Numbered from the stretch's first letter, positions 37,963 through 50,380 are shown. The stretch: DNA of 64,000 nucleotides from Scyliorhinus canicula (GCF_902713615.1 NC_052156.1:116103120-116167119); one strand, 5' to 3'. Notes: generated by a model not told the origin, from the sequence alone. Numbers and translations: made by a program.

Positions 37963-38194
37963 GACTGGAATGATGGTGTGTGGGGAATGTGACGCTTATA
38001 TGCGGCTGCAGCCTATCAGGCTCTCCAGTGTCAATCCCGACACCGACCAATCAGACGCTGGTGTTCCTTGGAATTGCATTAGTTCCACCTGGCACCGAGG
38101 TTAGCCCATTAACGTGTCCTGAATCACTCCAGGATAGGCACCGCTTTTGTCAACATAGAACTCTTGTGATCCAGTCCTGGCATCAGTACTTAAA

Positions 38195-39436
38195 GGCCGG
38201 GATTCTCTGATCCTGCGCCGGATCGGAGAATCGGCGGTGGGGGGGGGGGCCTCGAGAATCGCGACATGCCGGGCTGACGCCGGTCCGCCGATTTTCCGGT
38301 CGCCGGAGAATCGGCAACAATCGTGCCGGGGGGGGGGGGTCACCGCCGCACCGGTCGGGGGCCGTTAAAAATGCCCCCCCCCTCCCAGCAATTCTCCATG
38401 CCTCGACGGGCCGAGTGCCCACCGAATTCAACCGAGGCCCACCGGCATGGGTTCCGTACAGTCTGTATGGGGGGATCCGACTCCGGTGGGGGCCTCCACG
38501 GTGGCCAGGCCCGCGATCGGGGCCTACCATTGGCGGGCAGGCTAATTCCGTGGGAGGCCTATGTTCCTCCGTGCTGGTCCCCTGTAGGGCTCCGCCATAT
38601 TGCCCAGGGATCGGCGTGGTGTCATGTGAGAGTACCTTTAAGAAATTTGTGTTTACTACTGCAGTGATGTCAGAGAGTGGGTGGAGCTGGGCTGTCTGTC
38701 CGCATTTTAGTTTTGTTTCTCAGCAGCCTGCAGGGTGTGTTTTATTTTTGTTTTCAGTGTTGGAGCTGAAGCCAGACCAAGCAGGTGAACTGCCGGCCTC
38801 TCTGCCATCAAAAGACTATCTCTTGACCATTTGGTGAATTCAGAATTATAAATGTTCTCAGTAGTGAATGTAAACCTAATGTGCTTCTGTTGAAAGGTGT
38901 TTTCAGTCTTATGGATGTTAAAAGGAAAGCTTAAAGGTTTACTTAGTGTTGTAGTCTTTGGGGGTTGTATTTGAATTAATGGTTGTTAAGATATTGTAAA
39001 ACTATGTTTTAAAAGGGTTAACTTGAGTTCATAGAATAAACGTTGTTTTGCTTTAAAAAAATACATTTCCATTTCTGCTTTACCACACCTGTAGAGTGGG
39101 CCGTGTGCTTCCCATACCACAATCTAGTAAATATTGTGGGTGAGATGAACTCCATGATCCACTTTGGGGTTATCTAAACCCTGACCCATAACAGCGGAGA
39201 CAGCAACCCACGCACATGCGCGGACCCGCGCCAGCCATGGTGCACATGCGCAGACCTGCGCCGGCTGTGGCGCGTCGGCTTTCGAGCCACGGAGCAGCGG
39301 ACACCATTCCAATGCCATACTAGCCCCCTAGGAAGGGCTGAATGCCTGGGCCTGGAGGCCCTTTGATGCTGGAGTCATTCACACCACTTTTGACGCCGGC
39401 GTCAGAATTTGGCCGCGGGATTGGAGAATCCCGGCC
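38195..39436. mobile_element. Harbinger-type GC-rich MITE split by a solo LTR
   Basis: TIR GGCCGGGATTCTC / GAGAATCCCGGCC with TSD AAA. Confidence 0.88.
38620..39193 (+). mobile_element. Solo LTR, family A
   Basis: TGTCATG...CCATAACA, 4-bp TSD GTGG/GCGG (CpG decay). Homologous to 22456-23066. Confidence 0.88.
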
Positions 39437-39659
39437 AAAGTCTCTCAAATGGAGAATGCTGGCCTCTGTTTTTACTGCTGTTGTCTGAGGGATAAATGCT
39501 AACCCGGACATGAGGGAGAACTCATTGAAAAGCAGAATACTGCAGAAGATAGAAATCTGAAATAAAAACAGGAAGTGCTGGAAATTCTCAGCCAGTCTGG
39601 CAGTTTCAGGACGATGTCCTTCCATCAGAAACAAAGCGTTAACTTTGGATGTTTCCAAT

Positions 39660-41312
39660 GCGTTAGCACTAACCAAATTGCAACAGAGTCCCATGACGAG
39701 CGTGTTTAGCCACTATCTATCAGGACTTTGTTGCAATTTGAGGCTTCAGCGGGGAGCGCCCCGTCATGTCTTAGTTCCGTTTCCTGCACGGAGGAGCTCC
39801 GCTCATCGGAATTCCTCAGTGCAGGAAATGGCATTCCGATCTTGCGACATCCCGACACGACGCCCAAACCCCCGCAAAGCCCCAACTCACCTATGTGGAA
39901 GTCCTCGGCCCCCTGCACACGACCACATACCCCAGGCCCGAAATTCAACACAGGAGAATATGCCGGCCTGGCACCCTAGCAGTGCCCTGCCAGCTGGCAG
40001 TGCCACCTGGACACTTTGGCAGTGCCAGGGTGCCAGGCTGGTAGTATCAGGGTACCCAGGTTGCACCAGCACTTCCAGAGTGCCACCCGACCCAGAGGGC
40101 AACCATCTGGTTGTCTCCAATCCCCCCAAGTGCCGTCCCTTCTGGTCCCTATTTATGGGGATCAGCACTGAACAGCATTCGCCCGAGGCAAAGGGGTTTG
40201 ATCCACAGGGCCTTGGTAGACCAGGCGAGCACATACTAGAGTGAGACTAGCTGTCTCGCTTTAATATTGGATTGGATTTAGATTTGTTTATTGTTACGTG
40301 TACCAACACACAGTGAAAAGTATTTTTCTGCGAGCAGCTCAACAGATCATTAAGTACATGGGAAGGAAAGGGAATTAAAAGATAATACATAATAGGACAA
40401 CACAAGGTATACAATGTAACTGAATAATCACCGGCATTGGATGAAGCATACAGGGGTGTAGTGTTAATGAGGTTAGTCCATAAGAGGGTCATTTAGGAGT
40501 CTGGTGACAGTGGGGAAGAAGCTGTTTTTGAGTCTGTTCGTGCGTGTTCTCAGACTTCTGTATCTCCTGCCCGATGGAAGAAGATGGAAGAGTGAGTAAG
40601 CCAGGTGGGAGGGATCCTTGATTATGCTGCCTGCTTTCCCCAGGCAGCGGGAGGTGTAGATGGAGTCAATGGATGGGAGGCAGGTTCGTGTGATGGACTG
40701 GGCGGTATTCACGACTCTCTGAAGTTTCTTGCAGTCCTGGGCCAAGCAGTTGCCATACCAGACTGATGCAGCCAGATAGGATGCTTTCCATGGTGCATCT
40801 GTAAAAGTTGGTAAGAGTTAATGTGGACATGCCAAATTTTCTTAGTTTCCTGAGGAAGTATAGGCGCTGTATATGGACCAGGACAGATTTTTGGAGATGT
40901 GTACCCCTAGGAATTTGAAACTGCTATCCATCTCCACCTCGGCCCCGTTGATGCTGACAGGGGTGTGTACAGTACTTTGCTTCTGGAAGTCAATGACCAG
41001 CTCTTTAGTTTTGCTGGCATTGAGGGAGAGATTGTTGTCGCTGCACCACTCCACTAGGTTCTCTATCTCCCTCCTGTATTCTGATTTGTCGTTATTCGAG
41101 ATCCGGCCCACTATGGTCGTATTGTCAGCAAACTTATGCAGATTTCCCAGATAGTGATCCGCCCACAATGAGCAGGATTCAGATCTCAACGTCTCGTGAG
41201 ATCGCATTAGATCTCACAAGGCATGGCGAGGTGGGTAAATCCCGGAAGAGGGGTAGTCTGGTATCTACCCACGCACCACCATTTGGGTGCAACACGACCG
41301 GTAGATCGGCCC
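39660..41312. mobile_element. Non-autonomous DNA transposon (0.8-kb family) split by a Rex LINE
   Basis: Inverted homology to 27884-28702. The halves rejoin across 40266-41135. Confidence 0.65.
40266..41135 (-). mobile_element. Rex1/Babar LINE, 5'-truncated
   Basis: KFADNTTIVGRI...RLKNSFFP and (TCCAA)n tail. Confidence 0.92.
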
Positions 41313-41663
41313 TCTGATTTTATCTCCACAAATGCTGCTCGACCTGTTGAGTATTTTGTTGTATGAGGGAGAATTTCCTTGCTTTTCTTTGAATGGCACT
41401 ATGGGACCTTGCATGTTCAACTGAAAGAACAGACAGTGTCAGGATGATGTGCTCAAATCGCTGGAATGCAGCTTAAACCCCTTGGCGCAGAGGTAAGAGC
41501 CAAAGCTGACATCTTAAAAAACATATTAACTAATCATTCATGTCATGCAAGTTGGATTCCAATTTGACTCCATATCAATGATTACACTTTGAAAGTAATT
41601 CATTGGTGGTGAATGTCTTTGGATCTTCATCTTTGAGGATGTGATCAGAATTGATATGAATCA

Positions 41664-41888
41664 GGGCAGCACGGTGGCACAGTGGTTAGCATTGCTGCCT
41701 ACGGTGCTGAGGACCTGGGTTCGAATCCCGGCCCTGGGTCACTGTCTGTGTGGAGTTTGAACATTCTACCCGTGTCTGCGTGGGTTTCACCCCCACAACC
41801 AAAGATGTGCAGGGTAGGTGGATTGGCCATGCTAAATTGTCCCTTAATTGGAAAAAATAATTGGGTACTCTAAATTTATTTAAAAAAA
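41664..41888 (+). mobile_element. Short V-SINE, A-tailed subfamily
   Basis: 15-bp TSD AGAATTGATATGAAT (41647-41661 and 41889-41903). Confidence 0.93.
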
Positions 41889-42804
41889 AGAATTGATATG
41901 AATGAATGTTCATTTGTGATAAACACAGCATTTACCGATAATCATATTTCCCTATCAAACTGCTTTCTGTGAGACTGTATCAGCTAATTTACACAAAGGC
42001 TGTGAAACAGTGCCTAATCCTACATCTTTAGACACAGTACTGTGACCAAAGATGTGTTGGGCACGAACTACCGGCTTTTCAAGCCAGCAGGATATTCCGG
42101 TCGCATGCTTGCACACGGGTTTCCTGGTGACAAGGGGTGCAGTCACCGGGAAATCCCGTTGACAACGGCGGGATGGGTAACTCCCGGCCATTATCTTGTC
42201 ACTGTTTGTGGGACCTTGATGTGAATAAATTGTTAATTCTTTCATGGGGTGTGGGCGTTGCTGGCAAGACCAGTCATCTGTGCCCAACACTAATTGGCCT
42301 CGAGAAGGTGGTGAGCCATCTTCTTGTAATCCATCTTGTATAGGTACACCCACAGTGCTGTCAGGAAGGGAGTTGCAGGATTTTGATCCAGCGACAGTGA
42401 AGTAATTGTGATATAGTTCAGAATGGTGCGGGGTTTGGAGGGAATTTGCAGTTGGTAGTCTTTCCGTGTGTTTGCTGCCTTTGCCTTTCGAAGTGGTCGA
42501 GGTCGTGTGTTTGGAAGGTGCAGTTGGAGAAGCTTCGGTGAGTTGCTGTACAAGCTGTGAATCTTATAAATGGTGCACACTGCTGCTACTGTACATTGGT
42601 GGCAGACGGATTGAATGTTTAAGTTGGTGAATGAGGTGCCGACCCAGCTTTTCCTGGATGGCATCAAAATTCTTGACTGTTGTTGGAACTGCAAGTTGAG
42701 AGTATTCCTTCACAGACTTTCTTTTTTCTTGTTTTTTGTGGAAAGTCAATGGGGTGGAATGGGCCTAGGACACTACCCAGAGGAACTCATGCAGTGGATG
42801 TTCT

Positions 42805-43026
42805 TTTTTTAAAATTCAGAGTAGCCAATTATTTTTCTTTTCCAATTAAGGGGCAATTTTTAGCGTGGGCAATCCACCAGCACACCTTTGGGTTGTGGGG
42901 GTGAAACCCACGTAGACATGGGGAGAATGTGAAAACTCCACACGGACAGTGACCCAGGGCCGGGATTCGAACCTAGGTCCTCAGCGCCGCAGTCCCAGTG
43001 CTAACCACTGTGCCACATGCTGCTCC
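42805..43026 (-). mobile_element. Short V-SINE, A-tailed subfamily
   Basis: TSD CARTGGATGTTCT on both sides. Confidence 0.9.
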
Positions 43027-43192
43027 TATACAATGGATGTTCTGATGAGGTAATAATTCTCCAATGACCACAACCATCTTCCCTTGTTCTTGGTATGATT
43101 ACAACCAGTGGAGAGTGTTTCTCCTGATTCCCATTGACTTGAATTTTCCTGCGGCTCCTTGATGCCACACTTGGTCAAAAGTTGTCTTGATG

Positions 43193-43418
43193 GGGCAGCA
43201 CGGTAGCGCAGTGGTTAGCATTGCTGCCTCACGGCGCTGAGTCCCAGGTTCAATCCCGGCTCTGGGTCACTGTCCACGTGGAGTTTGCACATTCTCCCCG
43301 TGTTTGCGTGGGTTTTGGCCCCACAACCCAAAAAGATGTGCAGGTTAGGTGGATTGTCCATGCTAAATTGCCCCTTTATTGGAAAAAATGAATTGTGTAC
43401 TCTAAATTTTTTTTATTT
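43193..43418 (+). mobile_element. Short V-SINE, A-tailed subfamily
   Basis: 15-bp TSD AAAGTTRTCTTGATG (43178-43192 and 43419-43433). Confidence 0.92.
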
Positions 43419-43620
43419 AAAGTTATCTTGATGTCAAGGGCAATTACTCACCTCCTCTCTTGAGTTCAGCTATTTTGTCTATGTTTGAACCAAGACTTTC
43501 AGAAGGTCAGGAGCCAGGTGGCCCTGGCAGAACCCAAACTGAGTATCAGTGAACAGGTTATTACTGAGTACATGCTGCTTTATAACTCTTGGCATTACGG
43601 CAATGGTAGTGTGAGGGATA

Positions 43621-44919
43621 GATAGATAGATAGATAGATAGAGAAATACAGCACAGAACAGGCCCTTCGGCCCACGATGTTGCGCCGAACTTTTGTCCTA
43701 GGTTAATCATAGAATTTTGGACAATTTGTCATGGCCAATCCACCCAACCTGCACATCTTTGGACTGTGGGAGGAAACCGGAGTACCCGGAGGAAACCCAC
43801 GCAGTCACGGGGAGGATGTGCAGACTCCACACAGACAGTGACCCAAGTCGAAATCGAACTTGGGACCCTGGAGCTGTGAAGCAATTGTGCTATCCACAAT
43901 GCTACCGTGCTGCCCTTAAGAAGTTAACCTACACTCCCTTATTCTACCCTAATCCAAGTACCTATCCAATAGCCGCTTGAAGGTCCATAAATTTTCCGAC
44001 TCAACTACTACCACAGGCAGTGCATTCCATGCCCCCACTACTCTCTGGGTAAAGAACCTACCTCTGACATCCCCTCTATATCTTCCACCATTTATCTTAA
44101 ATTTATGTCCCCTTGTAATGGTGTGTTCCACCCGGGGAAAAAGTCTCTGACTGTCTACTCTATCTATTCCCCTGATCATCTTATAAACCTCTATCAAGTC
44201 GCCCCTCATCCTTCTCCGTTCTAATGAGAAAAGGCCTAGCACCCTCAACCTTTCCTCATATGACCTACTCTCCATTCCAGGCAACATCCTGGTAAATCTC
44301 CTTTGCACCTTTTCCAAAGCTTCCACATCCTTCCTAAAATGAGGTGACCAGAACTGCACACAGTACTCCAAATGTGGCCTGACCAAGGTTTTGTACAGCT
44401 GCATCATCACCTCACGGCTCTTAAATTCAATCCCTCTGCTAATGAACGCTAGCACACCATAGGCCTTCTTCACAGCTCTATCCACTTGAGTGGCAACTTT
44501 CAAAGAACAATGAACATAGACCCCAAGATCTCTCTGCTCCTCCACATTGCCAAGAACCCTACCATTAACCCTGTATTCCGCATTCAGATTTGTCCTTCCA
44601 AAATGGACAACCTCACACTTGTCAGGGTTAAACTCCATCTGCCACTTCTCAGCCCAGCTCTGCATTCTATCTATGTCTCTTTGAAGCCGACAACAGCCCT
44701 CCTCACTATCCACAACTCCACCAATCTTCGTATCATCTGCAAATTTACTGACCCACCCTTCAACTCCCTCATCCAAGTCGTTAATGAAAATCACAAACAG
44801 CAGAGGACCCAGAACTGATCCCTGCGGTACGCCACTGATAACTGGGCTCCAGGCTGAATATTTGCCATCCACCACAACTCTCTGTCTTCTATCGGTTAGC
44901 CAGTTTGTTATCCAACTGG
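43621..44919 (-). mobile_element. Young 5'-truncated CR1 LINE with a SINE in its 3' UTR
   Basis: Uninterrupted ORF, (CTAT)n tail, possible GGATA duplication (43616-43620 and 44918-44922). SINE at 43707-43915. Confidence 0.93.
43949..44875 (-). CDS. CR1 ORF2 reverse transcriptase C-terminal part (TE-encoded, 5'-truncated)
   Basis: 308 aa open frame with GVPQGSVLGP, KFADDTK, RDLGV and RPHLEYCVQFWSP. Confidence 0.9.
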   Translation of the reverse strand: MVDGKYSAWSPVISGVPQGSVLGPLLFVIFINDLDEGVEGWVSKFADDTKIGGVVDSEEGCCRLQRDIDRMQSWAEKWQMEFNPDKCEVVHFGRTNLNAEYRVNGRVLGNVEEQRDLGVYVHCSLKVATQVDRAVKKAYGVLAFISRGIEFKSREVMMQLYKTLVRPHLEYCVQFWSPHFRKDVEALEKVQRRFTRMLPGMESRSYEERLRVLGLFSLERRRMRGDLIEVYKMIRGIDRVDSQRLFPRVEHTITRGHKFKINGGRYRGDVRGRFFTQRVVGAWNALPVVVVESENLWTFKRLLDRYLD

Positions 44920-47900
44920 ATATGCTGAACTATTAAGTTACAGATTGTGGTTGAATACAGAACTACTGCTATGGCCCCTAAATATGGCTCCTGGGTGCCA
45001 TATTATAAGCTGTTGAATCTGTTTTGAATGTATCCCATTTATCATAATGGTGGTGCTACACAACATGATGGAGGGCACCCTGAGTGTGAAGACGGGTCTT
45101 GATCTTCACAAGGACTGCAAACTATACCGTCATGTACAGATGCATCATGGACGGGTAAATTTGTAATTTTTCACCCATCTACCATAGATCTAGTTTGGCA
45201 GATATATCCTTCAGGACTCAGCTAGCTGGGTCAATAGTTGTACCAAGGTAGTGGTATGTCACTCTTGTTGATGGGCATTGACGTCCTCTCCCAGAGTGCA
45301 TTCCATTCTCTTTCCACTCTCAGCGCTTCCTCCAAATGGCGTTCAACAGCCATGTTGTTGGGCCCATTCCTCCATGCGTACTGATTAATCAGCTGAGGCG
45401 TGGTAGGTGGCAATCAGTCGGAAATTCCTTTGCCCAAGTTTGACCTGATGCCATGTGACGTCATGGAGTCCGGAGTTGATGTTGAGGACTCTCAGGATAA
45501 CTCCCACCTGACTATGCACCACAGTGCTGCCGCCGCCTTTGGTGGGTCTGCCCAGTCACTGGGACAGGACACACCCAGACATGGTGGCGGCTGGAACATT
45601 GTCTGTAAGGTATAATTCCGTGAGTACGGCTATCTTAGGCTGTTGCTTGACTAGTCTGTGAGACAGTTCTCCCAATTTTGGCACAAGCGCCTAGGTGTTA
45701 GTAAGGGGGAGTTTGCAGAGATAGATGAGCTCTTTCTATTTCTGGTGCCTAAGCAGATGCCATGTCCTCCTTCCAGCAGTATTCCTTTTTGACTATTTGG
45801 TTATCTTTGTTTTGTTTTGCTATAACGTAAGTGATAGCACATCAGGAGTGCTAAATTGCTTTGAAATCCTAAGGTTCTGAAAGATGCTACATAAAATGTG
45901 AGCTCTTTCATACTGCATCGATTCCCTCGAAACCACTGCTGTTCCTTTTCAAACTGAGCACTGTCTTCCTCTCTCAGGCCAACTAGTCACTGTTACTGCT
46001 TTGCACCATGATGTCAAAGCAGAGACAGATAAATCACTTTCTTTCCTTACCAGGGTGTGTTCCTTTTCATTGGGAGTTGCCTGTTCCATCTACGAGGCTG
46101 TAACTTCTGCTGTTGTGGTCGACCTGCCTTCCATTTAGAAGCTTGCCTGAAGGTAAGGGTAATTCTCATTGTCTCTGCACTTCTCCAGGTCGGTGGGACT
46201 TATCATTGGCAATGCTACCTCCAATTAATTTTTCATGTCGGCAAAGAAATTGGCGTCATGAACCTCAAAGTCAACTGTGAGCAGTTTTAATGCTTAACAT
46301 TTCTCTGTTCTGACATGTTTTATTTGCCTGAACGTTTATCTCAAAGGGCCACTCACTTTTCCATCTAAAGTCTATTCTTGCCAGGACACGCACGAGATGG
46401 CTCTCTGCCATGTGTTACAATATATTTACACAGTCTGTGCTCAGATTATACTTACAGTGTCATTAGAACCCTTTGATCACATAACCGCCTTATAGCTCCT
46501 TCCTACCTTCTCTTATTTAGCCAGCTCATTGTTGAACTGGGCACATAGCCTTTTTGCAATTATAATGTTTTTCTTTGACTGTAAATTGTGCTGCACACAG
46601 CTGCCATCTTGATGCAGAGGACCATTTTATGTTTCCATTGGAGTGTTGGGAACTAATGGGTGTGGTTTTGGCAAGGGTACCCATATAAAGGAGCATTTCA
46701 TTGTCAAGGGAAACAGAACCTGTGTCAAGCCTTCAACATTTCTTCTGCTGGTGTCATGCCAGCCCGGCTTACAATCGATGCAATTAGATTGGTCCGATGG
46801 GGCTTAATACTAAATCAGGTGGCGGTGTATCGATAGAAAATATGGCTGGCTTTTCAATGTTTTTCCTTCACTCCTGTGTCCAGATAGTGGAGAATTCACA
46901 GATAACAAATGGAACTAATATAGGCACTGTGAAAAAGTAACTAGAATCTTCCAACAGGAGGATTTCATACGGTTGTTCCTTCTGAATGATATTATCAGAG
47001 TAATGATTCACATTTCATTTATGTATATATATAACACATCCAACTTGTTATGAGCTCTGTGGGGACTGTTAAAAAGAAATTCGAACTTCCAAGTGATAGC
47101 TGAACAGGTGGCCCTGATTTTCCGTCCCCATTCATGTCCGGCAGGATTTGACAGCGAGAGCGGAAAATATTGCGAGAAGACCAAAGTTGCATTTCACATC
47201 AATGTCAAAACAGGAAGTGATTGTCCCCTCCTACCCGTCTGAGACGTTGAACGTGGAAACTTCATTGTAATAAATTAGCATGTTCTTATCAGGCTCATAT
47301 GCCGGGATTATACCCCCACATCAAATAATGTGTCCACAGCAGCGTGAACTTTTCAATCCATTCATGAGCTCCCACCCAAATTATTGCATGGTGAACCACA
47401 GAGACTTTCGGCCTCTCGCTTCTCCCTCACTCCTGGACCCTGACAGACTGCCTGTGTCTGTGAGTTTACAGGAATAACTTAGAAAGCCTTTCACTCTCAG
47501 CTCCCAGCTCCATGGCAATGTGAATGACATGGGCCTTGTATCCAGGTAGAAATGTTGATTAGCTATTCTGGAGGCCCCAATTCTCTTTGATCTTGGAAGT
47601 AAGTGGACAGTTTAAAGTATGGCTATTTGCAATCCTACATTCTCAATATGTTTCTAGGACTTTGGAGAGCAGCAGTCAAACCACTTGAAACACAAATACG
47701 GCTGCCATTGTCTCTCAAGTGTGGACACCTTGCACCTTCTTTCCAGGAAACAACCCAGGCCTCCTTTTAATCTTTAATAGCTAAGTCATCCAGGACTGTT
47801 TTTCGACAGATTTCAGAACAAATCACATGGTCCCTTTAATTTTAAATTAAAGACACAGTTGTAAATCACAACAACCTCATATTTATAGCAAACTGTTGTA

Positions 47901-48294
47901 AAGAGTGCCATAGAGTGGTAAGAGGCAGAGCTACAGCTTTTGGTTTAAACTATTCCTTTTGAAGGCGTACAGTCGAGCCTAATTGCTTGTTTTGAAGAGG
48001 GAATGGATTGGAGGGCGACAAATTAGAGGGTAAATCAAAAGCCAGTTATTTGAAGTGTATAGCAGCTCTTCTTGTGATCTTCTTGTGGCTAAAGCCAGCT
48101 TCACATCCACTGACCAACACCCCAGCTTCTCGCTATAAATTGATGAAATGGAGACGTGGCATGCTGCTGTAACAGCAGTGATTAAGGTATTTGGTTGTGA
48201 ACACATTGGTTTATGCTGAGGACATGGTGAAGCATTTAATGTGGCTCTGGCTTTTTTCATGAGATGGACTGTTATAAAAACACATTTGCTTTCA

Positions 48295-49170
48295 CAGAAT
48301 TCAATCACAGAATTGCTACGGCACAGTAAGAGGCCATTTGGCCCATCGTGTCTGCACCACTTCTCAAAATGAGCAACTCCCCTCGTGCCATTGCCCCCCA
48401 TAACCCTGCTCATTCTTAATTTTCAGATAGCAGTATATTTCCCTTTTGAATGCTTCAACTGAACGTGCCTCCACACTTTGAGGCAGTGCATTCCAAACTC
48501 TGCCATTCACTGTGTGAAAAAGTTTTTTCCTCAGATCCCTTTTGCCCCTTATACTAATTACTTTAAATCTGTATCCTCTCGCTCTCAATCCGTTCACGAG
48601 TGGAGACAATTTCTCTCTATCTACTCTCACCAGACCCCTCATGATTTTTAATACTTTTATGGAAAACTGTCCTAACTTCTCCAATTTACCTATGTAACTA
48701 AAGTTTCTCTGGGACCATTCTTGTGAATCTTTTCTGCAGCCTCTTTAATGCCTTCACATCATTCCTAAAGTACAACATCTAGAACTAGAGTACTCCAGCT
48801 GAGGTAAAACTAGTGACTTATCGGGGCAGCACGGTGGCCGAGTGGTTAGCAATGCTGCCTCACAGCACTGAGGTCCCAGGTTCGATGCCAGCTCTGGGTC
48901 ACTGTCCGTGTGGAGTTTGCACATTCTCCCCGTGTCTGCATGGGTTTCGCCCCCACAACCCAAAAATGTGCAGAGTAGGTGGATTGGCCACACTAAATTG
49001 CCCCTTAATTGGAAAAAATAATCGGGTAATCTAAATTTAAAAAATAACTAGTGACTATTATAAATTCAACATAACTTCCTTGCAACTTGAATGATTCGCT
49101 CTTCACATCAGAAGACACATTCACTATAAATTACTACATGCATACACCTGCTCTTGCACTCTATGCCCCT
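48295..49170 (-). mobile_element. CR1-type LINE 3' fragment interrupted by a SINE
   Basis: KIMRGLVRVDREKL...WNALPQ and LVLPQLEY on the minus strand. Confidence 0.8.
48823..49045 (+). mobile_element. Short V-SINE, A-tailed subfamily
   Basis: 11-bp TSD AACTAGTGACT (48808-48818 and 49046-49056). Confidence 0.92.
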
Positions 49171-49296
49171 GGCCTGAGGTGTCATGACCCTCAGGTTAAA
49201 TCACCACCAGTCAGCTCTCTCTCAAAGGGATGAGTACCCTATGGTTCTCAGGGACTGGCGACAATTACATTTAGACTAGTCTAATTACTGGGAAAC

Positions 49297-49615
49297 AAGG
49301 CACGGTGTCATAGTGCCAGGGACCCAGGTTCGATTACGACTTTGGGTGACTGGCTGTGTAGAGTTTGCCCATTCTCCCCATGTCTGCGTGGGTTTCCTCC
49401 GGGTGCACCAGTTTCCTTCCACTGTCCAAAGATGTGCAGGTTAGGTGGATTGGCCATGCTAAAATTGCCTCTTAGTGCCCAAGGTTGTGCAGGTTAGATG
49501 GGGATACGGGATAGGACCTGGGAGTGAGCCTAGGTAGGATGCTCTTTCAGAGGGTTGTTGCAGACACAATGGGCTAAATGGCCTCCTTCTGCATTGTCAG
49601 GATTCAAGGATTCTA
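49297..49615 (+). mobile_element. HE1-like V-SINE
   Basis: Partly deleted head, V-core and CR1-type tail. Confidence 0.85.
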
Positions 49616-49707
49616 ATTGTTGTAATAAAGAGCCACAAGAATGGCCTGATTTATCAGGAAAAGTTGGAAAAACATGGATTCTTCAGCCTTCTAAGGAGGC
49701 TAAAAAA

Positions 49708-50301
49708 AGTCATGTGAGAGTGCCTCTAAGAATTGGATGTTTAAGAAATGTACCTTTAAGAAATTCAGCTGATCATATTACTGAAGTGATGTCACGGGGG
49801 GGGGGGGGGGGGGGGGGGGTGGAGCTGAGCCCGCTTCTGCTTTTTTTTGGGAGTTTTAGTTTCAGTTTGAAGAAAACTTGGGTGTGGCTGTGAGCTGCAT
49901 TGCTGGTGATCTCTGCCATGAAGGACTATCTCTTAATCCTTTGGTGAAATTGGAATTGTAAAAAGGTCTCAGTATTGAATATAAATCTAATGTGCTTCTG
50001 TTTGAAGGATTTGTGAAGTCTTTTGGATGTGTAAAGGAACAGTTTGCAGGATTGGGTAGTGTTGTATTATTTTCGGGGTTATCGTTGAAGTAAGGGGTGT
50101 TAAGAGATTAAATAAGAGTTTATTTAAAAGGTTAATTTGAGTTCATGGAATAAACATTGTTTTGTATTAAAAACCACGTGTTCATAATTGTAATAATACA
50201 CCTGGGGAACAAGCCGTGTGCTTCAAAAGCAACAATTCTGTTGGGGATTGGTTGAACTCCATGATACATTTTGTGGTTCTGAAAACGACTCTCCCATAAC
50301 A
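49708..50301 (+). mobile_element. Solo LTR, family A (diverged)
   Basis: (A)GTCATGTGAGAG...CCCATAACA, homologous to 38620-39193. Confidence 0.82.
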
Positions 50302-50380
50302 AAAGAAAACTTCAGAGAGACAGATGAAAAGCGGAGTGAAAAGGATTAGTCCTGTGTGTGACGTCTAGCTACAATCGTAT

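Larger units (their letters stand above)
35419..39464. mobile_element. Harbinger transposon fossil, internally deleted, with nested insertions
   Basis: Degenerate TIRs GGACGGGTATCTCC / GGAGAATGCTGGCC and 3-bp TSD TCT (35416-35418 and 39465-39467). The host SINE is contiguous across it. Carries convergent transposase and Myb-like remnants. Confidence 0.85.
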
